A DNA stretch of 42,825 bases from Deltaproteobacteria bacterium (GTDB lineage Bacteria > Desulfobacterota > DSM-4660 > Desulfatiglandales > B25-G16). The DNA is taken from the NCBI GenBank assembly GCA_020351915.1, contig CP070673.1:4986278-5029102 (forward strand). The letters are read 5' to 3'. Each line of letters begins with the position of its first letter. Position 1 is the first letter of the stretch. A program made the translations under genes and the position numbers. This document shows, one piece after another, positions 1 through 10,076 of the stretch. The notes beneath the pieces were generated by a model, which was not told the origin of the DNA, searched no databases, and worked only from the letters and a program-made list of their open reading frames with translations.

Positions 1-845
1 GGCACCCAGAGATTACTCCTCAGATAGACTGGCTTCAGTTTTGATAAGAGGTCTTGTGGGATCGGGTAATTGGGGTCGAAAGGGACGTACTGGCAATTGT
101 AGTAATCGGCAAGGGATCGTCCGACTTCCTCTTTTTTGGCCTTCATTTTGTTGATAATGATGGATTCAATGGTAGAGCTTTTGGTTCGGGCTATCTCGGT
201 GGCCTTCTGCAATTGCTTTTCGGTGATGATATGATTCCTGATCAGGTAGTTGAACTTGGTCTCTTTCGCTCTCCTTTTGGAAAGTTTGTTTTGATTGTAA
301 AAGGCGATTCCCAAGATCTTGGCCATTTCCACAGCAGAATTTTGGTCTTCAAGGATGAAACGATCGCCATTTTTCTTGTTAATGAGCTGGAGTACACCGA
401 TAACATACTTTTTGAAAAAGATAGGAACGCTTAATATCTGCTTTGTGACATAATCGTAATTTGTATCCCAGCTTCTGTCAAAGGAGATATCCTTATTGAT
501 CATGGCCAGTTGATGCTGATCATAAGCATTTGCAATGTTGGTTATATGGGCAGTGTTGGCGGTGTACCCCGCAATGCTGTTATTATTGATAGGGACTCGG
601 ATTTCCTTGGGGATATCCCCAACCTTAAACCGGGAGAAGATTTCCTTTGTTTTTCCATCCACCACATAAATGGTGATCCGATCGGCATCAAATAAACTCA
701 AGATGCTGCCTTTGAGGCTGATCAAAATCTCATCGATATCCTTGGCTGCATGAATCTGATTGGCAATATCATGAAGGGCCTTGTAATAGAGCAATCTCTG
801 TTTTTCTTTGTTGGGGTCCTCTTGTGCTTTTGTGTCTTTTTTCAT
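1..845 (-). CDS. GAF-domain-containing GspE/PilB-type ATPase, N-terminal part (runs off the window edge)
   Basis: Not in the ORF track because there is no stop in the window. Hand translation from ATG 845 is open to base 3: MKKDTKAQED...LFDADRITIYVVD...NNNSIAGYTA...SFDRSWD..YVTKQILSVPI...IGVLQLINKK (GAF signature), then KFNYLI...VGRSLADYYNCQYVPFDP...YLRSNLWVP (GspE N-terminal-like). The ATPase core is outside the window, so that part of the call is inferred. Confidence 0.7.
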   Translation of the reverse strand, partial: MKKDTKAQEDPNKEKQRLLYYKALHDIANQIHAAKDIDEILISLKGSILSLFDADRITIYVVDGKTKEIFSRFKVGDIPKEIRVPINNNSIAGYTANTAHITNIANAYDQHQLAMINKDISFDRSWDTNYDYVTKQILSVPIFFKKYVIGVLQLINKKNGDRFILEDQNSAVEMAKILGIAFYNQNKLSKRRAKETKFNYLIRNHIITEKQLQKATEIARTKSSTIESIIINKMKAKKEEVGRSLADYYNCQYVPFDPNYPIPQDLLSKLKPVYLRSNLWV

Positions 846-954
846 GCCCTTGCTCCTGACTCGGTGTTCTCTCTACCCTTATCGGTTTGCTCCAGTTAAC
901 ACTTTAGGAGGAAATGTTGGCTTTCGTTCGGAATACTATTGGGTCATAGCATGA

Positions 955-1153
955 CAGGATGTTGTCCAAACGGAAATCCCTTTGAGCGGTCATTAAAACG
1001 TTTTTTGCAAACAAATCTTGGCGAAGTGGAAGATAAGCGATGTCAACTATTTGAGCCCTAAGGCGAGTTTTGACATCGCCTGGAGTCCTGCCTAGATAGG
1101 CGGGATCAAAAAACGTTTTAGACCAAGAGAAAAGGGATTTTGGCAACGGCCTG
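955..1153. mobile_element. MITE copy 1 (199 bp, non-autonomous)
   Basis: Imperfect TIRs CAGGATGTTGTC / GGCAACGGCCTG, flanked by direct repeat ATGA at 951-954 and 1154-1157. Its reverse complement aligns along the whole length with 23136-23331. Confidence 0.85.
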
Positions 1154-1277
1154 ATGATATATGTCTGAGAAGAATTGCACTCTAAGGAAAAAATACTGGT
1201 AGAATGATAGGGGTGTGTCAATCTGAGCTCATAGCAGGTTTCCTCTGTTCTTCTGAGAACTGGTGGTTTGCGAGCGA

Positions 1278-2024
1278 TCAAGATCCTGCCGAATGAGAAT
1301 CTTCCTGCTTTTTTCGATAGGCTCCTCTGCTAATGAAAATGCTGAGCTCATAAAGGGTGATGATAGGCAGTGCCATCATTAGTTGGGTAGCAACATCCGG
1401 CGGGGTTAGGATTGCAGACAAGACAAATGAACCCAATATGGCAAACTTGCGGTATTTTTTCATCGACTCTGGCGTGATGAGGCCGATCTTGGTCAAGAAG
1501 AGGACGGCAACAGGCATTTCAAAAACCAAACCAAATGCCAAAAGTAGCCTAATGGCAAATGAGAAATACTGCTTTACAGACGGAAGTGCCTGGATGTCTT
1601 CAGTTGCAAAACCTATAAAAAACTTAAAACCATAAGGAAAAACAACAAAGTATCCGAATAGAGACCCGACAACAAAGAGGATGGTGGAAAACACGACAAA
1701 AGGGATAACATATCGTTTTTCTCTCCGGTAAAGGGCAGGTGCTACAAACATCCAGAGCTCATAGAAGATGACAGGTACAGCTAAGATAATACCAGCAATG
1801 AGGGCTACCTTGATATAGGCGATAAACATCTCGGGGAGACTGGTAAAGATAAGTGTGCTCTCATCAGGAAGGACTTTCGTTAGGGGCAGAATGAGAAGAG
1901 AGAACAGCTGTTTGGAAAAGATATAGGAAATAACAAATCCGGCACCTACAGCTATTGCACAGACGATTAGTCTTTTTCTGAGCTCATCTAAATGGGCCAA
2001 GAATGGCTGTTTTTCATCGGTCAT
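1278..2024 (-). CDS. tatC: Twin-arginine translocase subunit TatC
   Basis: [39 protein letters not shown] motifs; six hydrophobic segments. Start placed at ATG 2024, overlapping the upstream tat gene. Confidence 0.97.
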   Translation of the reverse strand: MTDEKQPFLAHLDELRKRLIVCAIAVGAGFVISYIFSKQLFSLLILPLTKVLPDESTLIFTSLPEMFIAYIKVALIAGIILAVPVIFYELWMFVAPALYRREKRYVIPFVVFSTILFVVGSLFGYFVVFPYGFKFFIGFATEDIQALPSVKQYFSFAIRLLLAFGLVFEMPVAVLFLTKIGLITPESMKKYRKFAILGSFVLSAILTPPDVATQLMMALPIITLYELSIFISRGAYRKKQEDSHSAGS

Positions 2025-2346
2025 CCTCTTTTTTCTCCGTAACTCTATCGCTGCTTTCCTCTTCACTAGTTTCGGATGTTACCGGTTCTTTGGGTTTTGT
2101 TTCCTCCTCTATTTCGGATACGTCTAGTAGACCGCTCACAGAGTCGGCCAAATCCTCCTGCACCCCTTTAAGTTCGTCCTCAACGTCGTCCATATCAAGA
2201 TTTGCCTTTAACTGGTCAGTTGCTCTTCTGAACTCGGCCAATCCTTTACCGAGGGCTCTGGCCAAGTCAGGCAACTTTTTTGGTCCGATAATAATCAAGG
2301 CGATCACAAAAATAATGATCAATTCAGGCATGCCTATGCCGAACAT
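2014..2346 (-). CDS. tatB: Twin-arginine translocase subunit TatB (TatA/B family)
   Basis: [35 protein letters not shown], acidic tail, directly upstream of tatC. TatA versus TatB cannot be fully resolved. Confidence 0.85.
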   Translation of the reverse strand: MFGIGMPELIIIFVIALIIIGPKKLPDLARALGKGLAEFRRATDQLKANLDMDDVEDELKGVQEDLADSVSGLLDVSEIEEETKPKEPVTSETSEEESSDRVTEKKEDDR

Positions 2347-2360
2347 AGGTGGTCTCCTGT

Positions 2361-2588
2361 TTAAAGTCCGCTGATAATTATCTCTGCTACCAAGACCGGC
2401 GGTGCGCCGAGCCTCCCGAAGAATCTCAGATCATTTCCCACCTCCCGTGATGACCGGAAATGATTCATCTGACCCTTATCAATTTCCAAAGATATTATCT
2501 TTTTCCGAGAGAGAAAAATCTCAAATTCCACTCCTGGCCACTTGTTCAGGCGATCAATTATGATTTCTGCTATCTCTGCCTTTTCCAT
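2361..2588 (-). pseudogene. Internally deleted PmbA/TldE-family gene (N- and C-termini fused in frame)
   Basis: 75 aa. The first ~50 aa (EFEIFLSRKKIISLEIDKGQMNHFRSSREVG) resemble a PmbA N-terminus; the last ~26 aa ([26 protein letters not shown]) resemble the PmbA C-terminus. Confidence 0.6.
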
Positions 2589-2775
2589 GGGAAATGCTCA
2601 GTTCTTTCTTGAAGGCAGTTTGTTGTTTGAAGATCTGCCAGGCTCACTACCGTATTGGTTTGTTCATTATTGCTGGGTTTCGGCGGAAACTCATCACTTG
2701 ATTAAAGGAACCATGTACTGCAATCTTTGCAGATTACCTGTTACTTGTTCTTCGTTTGAATGCACACAACAAGCA

Positions 2776-3396
2776 CTAGTCAGCTTTGTTCGGATATACG
2801 ACAAAGGGTTTGAGACCCTCTCTATCAGCCAGTCTTTTGGCATACTTTTTCGCCTCCCGTATGGTATAGAATGGACCGCAGCGAACCCTATAAAAGGTCT
2901 CACCATTAATCAGGGTTTGATAATAGTAAGCCTGATAGCCCGAGCTACTTAATCTCTCCACCATCTGTTCGGTTTTCTCTTTGTCTTTGAGTGCAATTAC
3001 CTGAACGCTATAGTGACGTGAGCCCTCTTCTCCTTGCCAGACCTGTGTCTGCTTTCTTTTCCTGTCGGGCTCTTTTACAGAGAGCTGTGAGGTTACACCT
3101 TCCTTGGCTCTCTCTTTTTTGTTAACGAGTTGATTATAGAAGGTAAGTTCCTCTTCTTTGATCGGCTCTACGTGATCAGTCGTTTCCTCTTCCTTAACCT
3201 CCACAACCGTTTCCTTGGTTCTGGAAAAGGTATCGAAGGTTATTGGCAGGTAGTTCCTGCCAACAACAACACCTAAGCAAAAGACCCAGGCCAGAACAAA
3301 GATCAGACCGAAGCAGAATAAAAGGAGAGAACCGAGAGTTGGTCGAAACGTATATCTCTTCTTTATTTTTTTTGAAGAGGATTTTTTGTTAGTCAT
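2776..3396 (-). CDS. SPOR-domain membrane protein (FtsN/DedD-like)
   Basis: Basic N-terminus, one TM helix, ELTFY motif, C-terminal SPOR domain (YSVQVIAL...FYRVRCGPF); typical position after argS. Confidence 0.88.
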   Translation of the reverse strand: MTNKKSSSKKIKKRYTFRPTLGSLLLFCFGLIFVLAWVFCLGVVVGRNYLPITFDTFSRTKETVVEVKEEETTDHVEPIKEEELTFYNQLVNKKERAKEGVTSQLSVKEPDRKRKQTQVWQGEEGSRHYSVQVIALKDKEKTEQMVERLSSSGYQAYYYQTLINGETFYRVRCGPFYTIREAKKYAKRLADREGLKPFVVYPNKAD

Positions 3397-3405
3397 TGTT
3401 TCCAA

Positions 3406-5064
3406 TTACATTATTTCAGGCGCACTGAGGCCCAAGAGGTTAAGACCATTTTTGATGAGAATCTTTACCCCTAAAGATAAGCAGAGCCTCGCCTGGCTTA
3501 AGGCCCTATCATCACTGATGACCCTATATTTATTGTAGTATCTATGAAAGCTACCGGCTAGCTCTATCAAGTAATAGGTGAGCCTGTGGGGTTCTGAGGT
3601 AGATGCAATCTCCTCGATCAGGGACGGAAATTCGCTCATTTTTCTAATGAGGGCGATTTCTTCATCTAAAACCAGTTTTTCGAGGCATGGGCCAGGGTCT
3701 TCAGGAAGATCCATGTTCGCCTCAGCTGCCTTCCTAAAGATGCTGCAGATTCGGGCGTGAGCATATTGGACGTAGTATACGGGATTTTCACTATCCTTCC
3801 TTTTGACCAGATCTATATCAAAATCAAGTGGGGAGCTGTGGTCTTTGCTCAAAAAGACAAATCGTACTGCATCGACACCAACGTCATCTACAAGTTCTTT
3901 CAACGCGACATACCTACCTGATCTCTTTGACATCTTTACTTCGGTTCCGCCTTCCCAAAGCTTGACCAATTGGATCAGGAGGACCTCCAGCCAACCCTGG
4001 GGAATTCCTTCTGCCAAGAGAGCAGCCTGAACCCTGTTTACATAGCCGTGATGATCTGCCCCCCAGATGTTTATTACCTTCTTAAACCCCCTTTCCCATT
4101 TATCAAGATGGTATGATATATCCGAAGCGAAATAGGTAAATTCACCATCTTTCTTGCGAAGGACCCGGTCTTTGTCGTCACCAAAAGGAGTGGTTTTAAT
4201 CCACAGTGCTCCACCCTCTTCAAAAAGCAGGCCCCTCTTTTTAATCAATTTGATTGTCTGATCGATTTTACCTGATGAGTAGAGATCGGTTTCCCTATAC
4301 CAGAGGTCAAAATTCACTCTGAAATCAGCAAGGTCTTCCTTGAGCTCCTTGAGCATCTTATCTTTTCCCAGTTCAGATAATAAATCTATTGCCTCATCAA
4401 CTGAGAGATTTTCAAGGTCTTGTTTCTGAGCAATCTCAAGGGCCAACTCCTCTATGTAGTCACCTCGATAACCATCTTCAGGGAAGGGATAGGATGGATC
4501 AGAGAACTGCCTCCACCTGCTATAAATGGATTCGCCAAGGAGCTTGATTTGTAGGCCTGCATCATTAATGTAGAATTCCCTCCTGGCATCATAACCACAA
4601 AAACTTAGGATTCGGCATAGGGTATCCCCTAAGGCTGCTCCACGACCATGGCCGAGATGGAGGGGGCCAGTAGGATTAGCACTTACAAACTCTACCATGA
4701 TTTTTTCCCCTTTTCCGATGGAGCTGCGACCATAATCATCCCCGAGCTCAGCAACCTGGGTAAGGAGACTATGCCATTGTTCTCTTGCTACAAAAAAATT
4801 AATAAAACCAGCACCACCTATGTCGGCCTTTAAGATGAAATGATCATGATCCATCAAATGCTGGATAATGATCTCAGCTATTTTCCGAGGCGAGTTCTTT
4901 TGTTCTCCAGCAAGGGTCATTGCCAGGTTAGTAGCAAAATGTCCATGATCAGGGTTATGAGGAACCTCAATGACAAACTCTGGGATGGGTGTCTGTTTAA
5001 GATACCCCTCCCTGAAACAGAGATCCAAGGTATCTTTAAGAATCGTACTCAACTTCTTTTTCAT
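3406..5064 (-). CDS. argS: Arginine--tRNA ligase
   Basis: VEFVSANPTGPLHLGHGR (HIGH), WGADHHGY, KMSKR, YYVQYAHARI. Start placed at ATG 5064 (MKKKL), overlapping alr by 29 nt. Confidence 0.98.
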   Translation of the reverse strand: MKKKLSTILKDTLDLCFREGYLKQTPIPEFVIEVPHNPDHGHFATNLAMTLAGEQKNSPRKIAEIIIQHLMDHDHFILKADIGGAGFINFFVAREQWHSLLTQVAELGDDYGRSSIGKGEKIMVEFVSANPTGPLHLGHGRGAALGDTLCRILSFCGYDARREFYINDAGLQIKLLGESIYSRWRQFSDPSYPFPEDGYRGDYIEELALEIAQKQDLENLSVDEAIDLLSELGKDKMLKELKEDLADFRVNFDLWYRETDLYSSGKIDQTIKLIKKRGLLFEEGGALWIKTTPFGDDKDRVLRKKDGEFTYFASDISYHLDKWERGFKKVINIWGADHHGYVNRVQAALLAEGIPQGWLEVLLIQLVKLWEGGTEVKMSKRSGRYVALKELVDDVGVDAVRFVFLSKDHSSPLDFDIDLVKRKDSENPVYYVQYAHARICSIFRKAAEANMDLPEDPGPCLEKLVLDEEIALIRKMSEFPSLIEEIASTSEPHRLTYYLIELAGSFHRYYNKYRVISDDRALSQARLCLSLGVKILIKNGLNLLGLSAPEIM

Positions 5065-6181
5065 AAATATATTCCCGTGTGTTTCTGCTTCCGAGGGAGC
5101 AAAAGATCTCATACGAGATCGTATTGGCCCAGCGGGCCATATCGTCAGCGGTGATCCTATTTCCTCTATCCTCACCCAAGAAAAGTACCTTGTCCCCCTT
5201 TTTTATTTCTTTGATTGAGGTTACATCAGCAATTGTCAGGTTCATACATACCCTACCTATAATCCTTACCTTTTGGCCGTGAATCAATACCTGCCCCGTA
5301 TTACTCATAGCTCTACTGAGGCCGTCACCGTACCCTGCTGATATTATGGCTATCTTTTTGACACCATCCGTGTAAAAGGTTCGGCCATAGCTAATTGGGG
5401 TTCCACCCCTAACCTCCCTCACCTGCACAACAGAGGAGTGAAATGTCATGAGGTGCTCCAAGGCCGGGGGATCTGCGAAGTCTGGACACGGGAGCCCACC
5501 ATAGAGCATGATACCTGGTCTCACCAGATCAAAATGGGCTTCTTTATACCCGATGATACCCGCACTGTTCGCCAAATTATTCATGGTAAGCTCAAGCCCA
5601 AGTCTTCTACCAACAGCAATGGCTTCCTTGAAATGCTTGATCTGAGTCTCGGTAAAGAGCGTATCCTCTTGATCAGCAGCAGAGAGGTGAGAGAAGAGGC
5701 CTTGAATTTTGATCCTCTTTATGCTCAGAAGCTGTTCAAGAAAAGGGCCCGTTTCTTTGAAGTCGATGCCGAGCCTCCCCATCCCTGTGTCAATCTTTAC
5801 AAAGACAGTGATTGATCTCCCGCTCTTTTTACCCTCCTCTGAGATCAACCGCGCAGAGTCTACATCGAAGACAACCGGAGTCAAGCTGTAGTCAACGACC
5901 TTCTTTGCCTCTTCAGATGTGCTTATTCCCAGTAACAATACGACTGGTATTTTTATTCCCTCGGCCCTTAGTTTTATAGCTTCAGGGATATAGTCCACTC
6001 CCAGAGATTCTATCTGTAGTTTCTCTAATTCCCGTGCTACCTGAACCAGTCCATGGCCATACCCATCTGATTTGACCATCCCCATGATTCTGGTCTGTTT
6101 CCCTACGAATTCCCGCACCTTGAATAGGTTATGCTGTAAGGCCGAAAGGTTAATTCTTACCGTGTTAGGTGACGAATTCAT
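5036..6181 (-). CDS. alr: Alanine racemase
   Basis: MVKSDGYGHG (PLP lysine), KIDTGMGRLG, VRPGIMLYG, GYGDG, GRVCMN, TISYEIF. Confidence 0.97.
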   Translation of the reverse strand: MNSSPNTVRINLSALQHNLFKVREFVGKQTRIMGMVKSDGYGHGLVQVARELEKLQIESLGVDYIPEAIKLRAEGIKIPVVLLLGISTSEEAKKVVDYSLTPVVFDVDSARLISEEGKKSGRSITVFVKIDTGMGRLGIDFKETGPFLEQLLSIKRIKIQGLFSHLSAADQEDTLFTETQIKHFKEAIAVGRRLGLELTMNNLANSAGIIGYKEAHFDLVRPGIMLYGGLPCPDFADPPALEHLMTFHSSVVQVREVRGGTPISYGRTFYTDGVKKIAIISAGYGDGLSRAMSNTGQVLIHGQKVRIIGRVCMNLTIADVTSIKEIKKGDKVLFLGEDRGNRITADDMARWANTISYEIFCSLGSRNTREYIYEKEVEYDS

Positions 6182-6418
6182 AATAACCTAATAAAATAGC
6201 CCATAACAAACCTGATTACAAGGACTATGTATGAGCCAGCCAATTTAGCTATGCCGATGGTCCAGGCTTGCAATACTGGTTAGGTAGTGATTCAGGGTGT
6301 GAAATATGAGAGATCCCTTTAGCTGGTATGTGTTGAGCAAAAGAGAAGGTGCTAAAGGCCCCCTGTCGCTATTCATGATTGATTATGGTATAAAAAAAAC
6401 CAAAAAACAGGCAAAGCC

Positions 6419-8593
6419 ATGAACATGTTTCTTCAGGGTCAGATTGAAAGAATAACATACGCCAACGATGAAACCGGTTTCACCGTTGCCAAGGTAAGGG
6501 TCCAGGGGCAGCGGGATCTCGTGACTGTGGTTGGAAACCTGATAGCGCCTACGCCTGGTGAAATCATTAAAATGAGCGGCGAGTGGATTAATCATCCCCG
6601 GTACGGTGAGCAGTTTAAAGTCATTCACTACAAATCCCTGGTCCCTGCATCCATTTACGGAATAGAAAGGTATCTTGGCTCTGGTCTCATCAAGGGCATC
6701 GGTCCTATTATGGCCAAGCGAATTGTAGAAAAATTTGGCAAAAAGACCCTCGATGTCATCGAAAACGAGGTCGAGAAACTGGGGGAGGTTGATGGTATTG
6801 GCACAAAGCGAATCGGGATGCTCAGAAAGGCCTGGGAGGAGCAGAAAGAGATCCGAGAGGTTATGATTTTTCTCCAAAGCCATGGGGTCGGTTCAGGCTA
6901 CGCTACGAAGATATTCAAACACTATGGAAACCGGTCAATTAGGGTTGTACAGGAAAATCCGTACCGCCTCGCAACAGACATTTTCGGTATCGGGTTTCTG
7001 ACTGCCGATCGTATTGCAGAGAAACTGGGGTTTCCCAAGGACTCTGGGGTAAGGGCGGAGGCAGGCATTCTCTATGCCCTTTACCAGCTCTCTGATGAAG
7101 GTCATGTCTATTATCCCTACGAATTACTGATTCAGAGGTGTCAGGAGATCCTCGAGGTGCATCGGGAGGTCATTGTCAAGGCACTTGATGTCATCAACTT
7201 TCACCAAATGATTGTCATGGAGGACCTAGGAAAGGAGGAAACCGGAGATTCCAGGAGAAACAACAAGGCCGTTTACCTTGCCAAGTTTCACCTTTCTGAA
7301 ACGAGTATTGTCACCCGGATGAAAACCCTGATAAAGACTCCCAAATTAATTCGGAAGATCGATTCAAATAAAGCCATAGAGTGGGTGCAACGGCAACTTG
7401 CTATCATCCTGGCAAAAAAGCAGGTGGAGGCGATAAGATGCGCAGTTGATAATAAGGTGATGGTCATCACAGGTGGGCCTGGTACCGGTAAAACAACCAT
7501 CATCAGCGCAATTCTTAAGATCTTTTCAAAGCTCGGGGTGAAGATTATGCTCGCTGCCCCCACCGGAAGGGCTGCCAAGCGTATGAACGAAGCTACCGGT
7601 CATGAGGCCAAGACTATTCACCGGATGCTGGAGTACAGCATTCAGAAGGGGCAATTCCTGAGGAATGAGGAAAAACCGCTCGACTGCGATATCTTGATCG
7701 TTGATGAGGCCTCAATGATCGATACCATCCTCATGTACCATCTCCTTAAGGCTATTCCTGCTGCGGCTACCTTTATCCTGGTAGGGGATGTAAATCAACT
7801 ACCCTCAGTTGGGGCTGGAAACGTTCTCCATGATATTATTTCATCTGGTTCAGTGCCAGTGGTGGAATTGAACGAGATCTTTCGCCAGGCCAAGGAAAGC
7901 CTGATTATCGTCAATGCCCATAAGATCAATCACGGCCTGGTTCCATCACTAAAGCCTTCTGGGCCGAAGGATGATTTCTATTTTATTGAGCAGGAAGACC
8001 CGGAAGAGGCGCTTAAAATTATAATTGAGCTTACCATGGAGCGCGTTCCCAGTCGCTTCGGGTTTGATCCTATTGATCACATACAAGTGCTTACCCCAAT
8101 GCATAAGGGCGTTGTGGGGGTTGGGAACCTCAATACGGAATTGCAAAACGCGCTCAACCCAGGGGGAGATGGAGTAATTCGGGGCACCAGAAACTTTCGC
8201 ATGGGCGACAAAGTGATGCAGGTTAGGAATGATTACGACAAAGAAGTCTTCAATGGTGATATTGGGAGGATAACCAGGATAGACACCGAGGACCAGGAGG
8301 TGATTATTTCTTTCGACGGCAGAGATGTACCGTATGGGTATCCGGATCTGGACGAAATAGTATTGGCCTATGCTGTGTCGGTACACAAATCTCAAGGCAG
8401 CGAGTATCCAGCCGTGATTATCCCCGTGTTCACCCAGCACTATGTGCTTCTGCAGCGCAATTTGATTTACACAGCCGTGACCAGAGGCAGGAAATTGGTG
8501 GTGATGATTGGCACCAGGAAAGCTCTGGCAATCGGGGTCAACAATAACAAGACCCAAAAAAGGTATACCTATTTGAGACAAAGGCTGAGCTGA
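6419..8593 (+). CDS. recD2: ATP-dependent RecD2-family DNA helicase
   Basis: N-terminal OB/HhH region (IKGIGP, GIGF.TAD), Walker A GGPGTGKT, VDEASM, GDVNQLPSVG, SVHKSQGSE, YTAVTR. Confidence 0.95.
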   Translation: MNMFLQGQIERITYANDETGFTVAKVRVQGQRDLVTVVGNLIAPTPGEIIKMSGEWINHPRYGEQFKVIHYKSLVPASIYGIERYLGSGLIKGIGPIMAKRIVEKFGKKTLDVIENEVEKLGEVDGIGTKRIGMLRKAWEEQKEIREVMIFLQSHGVGSGYATKIFKHYGNRSIRVVQENPYRLATDIFGIGFLTADRIAEKLGFPKDSGVRAEAGILYALYQLSDEGHVYYPYELLIQRCQEILEVHREVIVKALDVINFHQMIVMEDLGKEETGDSRRNNKAVYLAKFHLSETSIVTRMKTLIKTPKLIRKIDSNKAIEWVQRQLAIILAKKQVEAIRCAVDNKVMVITGGPGTGKTTIISAILKIFSKLGVKIMLAAPTGRAAKRMNEATGHEAKTIHRMLEYSIQKGQFLRNEEKPLDCDILIVDEASMIDTILMYHLLKAIPAAATFILVGDVNQLPSVGAGNVLHDIISSGSVPVVELNEIFRQAKESLIIVNAHKINHGLVPSLKPSGPKDDFYFIEQEDPEEALKIIIELTMERVPSRFGFDPIDHIQVLTPMHKGVVGVGNLNTELQNALNPGGDGVIRGTRNFRMGDKVMQVRNDYDKEVFNGDIGRITRIDTEDQEVIISFDGRDVPYGYPDLDEIVLAYAVSVHKSQGSEYPAVIIPVFTQHYVLLQRNLIYTAVTRGRKLVVMIGTRKALAIGVNNNKTQKRYTYLRQRLS

Positions 8594-9622
8594 TCATTTG
8601 TTAAAGATTTCCCTCACCTCAGGACACACGGATTCTGGGGGCATAACCGTGGCTGATTCCTTATGCAGCGTTTGCAGATAGGCCCGATCGCTATTGCCGA
8701 TGGGCCGTGGAAGGAGCCGAGGACAGATTTTGGCGTTGATCCTGAAATCTTCATCCTGCTTATGAGAGAAGATCGACATATTGAAGGAGGGAATATCCTT
8801 TTGGCCGAAGTATTGTAAGACCCTTGAAAGTCCTTGAAGAAATGCGCCAAGCTCTCCAATTCCTAATTGAATCAGGGAGTAGTGTTCAGGGAAAATGCAC
8901 CAGACATCGGGCAAAAAGGTCTGGGGCACGAAGCTCATGACCCAAAAAGTAGATCCAATCTCACCAATATAGCGCTCTCCAGATTTTTTCTCTGCACTTA
9001 TGAAATCCTTCCAGAAGCTTCTTCCATTTTCATTGAGGTATCTTGTGCATCCCTCAATCTGGACCCTGTGATGATTGGTAGGAACATATCCACAGTTCAC
9101 CTGCAGGTGAGGATGGACCAAACTTGATCCAGACTCAGGCATATAGTTCCAATTGACATAGAAGAACTGCACCCCAGGATCAAAATTGGCTACCCTTCGG
9201 ATAAACGCCAGTGCCACGGAGAATGCATCGTTCAATCGTTCGGGGGTTAAATTGGGCATTCCAAGGTAGTGCTCATTTGATATGATAGCAACCGCGGCAT
9301 AGGAATCAAAGGGAATCAAGTTTGGTATGAGGGTAGCCCTGCCTTCAGTTATCCTCCCCTCCGGAATAAACTCTTTTGGGAATAGAGGAGTTGATTTTTT
9401 TAGTGACTCAGGACAAAAAGGACAGAACATCTCCTTAGATCGTTGAATCGTCTGTTCCAGATCAGACCGCTCAGGAGGGTTGTACTGGAGCTCGTAGACG
9501 CGACCTGTCTCTCCTGTCAGAGGGTCAAAGCGTATCTCAAAAGGTATTTCATCCAGCACGAAATCCTTGAGCGGGTTAATCAAACGAGTTTTTGACCTTA
9601 TTCTTTTAAAGGTTATTTTCAT
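8594..9622 (-). CDS. GalT-like nucleotidyltransferase (HIT superfamily)
   Basis: RFDPLTG, CPFCP zinc motif, PNLIPF, GSSLVHPHLQ (HxHxQ catalytic motif). Start placed at ATG 9622. Confidence 0.85.
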   Translation of the reverse strand: MKITFKRIRSKTRLINPLKDFVLDEIPFEIRFDPLTGETGRVYELQYNPPERSDLEQTIQRSKEMFCPFCPESLKKSTPLFPKEFIPEGRITEGRATLIPNLIPFDSYAAVAIISNEHYLGMPNLTPERLNDAFSVALAFIRRVANFDPGVQFFYVNWNYMPESGSSLVHPHLQVNCGYVPTNHHRVQIEGCTRYLNENGRSFWKDFISAEKKSGERYIGEIGSTFWVMSFVPQTFLPDVWCIFPEHYSLIQLGIGELGAFLQGLSRVLQYFGQKDIPSFNMSIFSHKQDEDFRINAKICPRLLPRPIGNSDRAYLQTLHKESATVMPPESVCPEVREIFNK

Positions 9623-9769
9623 ATCGTTATTTGGACCTTTCTTTGTGCATTTGCCGACCACGTGTCATCTGTTAGTGATCCCCTGGTCTGAGTTCTAGAC
9701 TCCTGCGACCACCTATATAATCCCCTTTTCCAATCAGGACAAGGGCTATTTTAAGTTTTTATTACTGTT

Positions 9770-9843
9770 TTTAATACCCCGTCCGCTTGCGGCGGGGTTG
9801 CGGATTAAGATAGGGTCCAGGGCTTGCCCTGGGGTTTAATACC
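9770..9843. repeat. Two GC-rich REP/IS200-IS605-like hairpins bounded by a 9-bp direct repeat
   Basis: CCCCGTCCGC-TT-GCGGCGGGG (9777-9797) and CCAGGGC-TT-GCCCTGG (9817-9832); TTTAATACC at 9770-9778 and 9835-9843. Confidence 0.6.
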
Positions 9844-10076
9844 TTTTATTAAATATCTACGACGCTTACTATATCAGGCACCATATAGCCGGGCTGATAT
9901 TTTGGTAAAATGTAGTGGCCTTATTGCAGGTCATGTGGTATCCAGTAACGTCATAGGATATACGGCAGTTATGTGTTGCAAGGGAATGAAAGGCGCGCCA
10001 CCTCAAGCAAAGAGCAAAAAGGGAGAAATAATATTCTGGACTCTGAACCTGTAAACTATTGCCGCTGGCATAGGCT

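Noticed and set aside
54-695. Plus-strand ORFs 54..434 and 510..695, and similar short ORFs opposite or inside long genes throughout the window
   Set aside because: They are antisense or off-frame shadows of well-supported genes.
904-1281. ORF-track proteins 904..1281, 12583..12879 and 23122..23373 sharing LPKSLF-like peptides
   Set aside because: The similarity comes from translating the MITE; there is no transposase motif or other support for a protein family.
5065-5175. 37-aa N-terminal extension of ArgS
   Set aside because: It overlaps the alr coding region; ArgS homology begins at ATG 5064.
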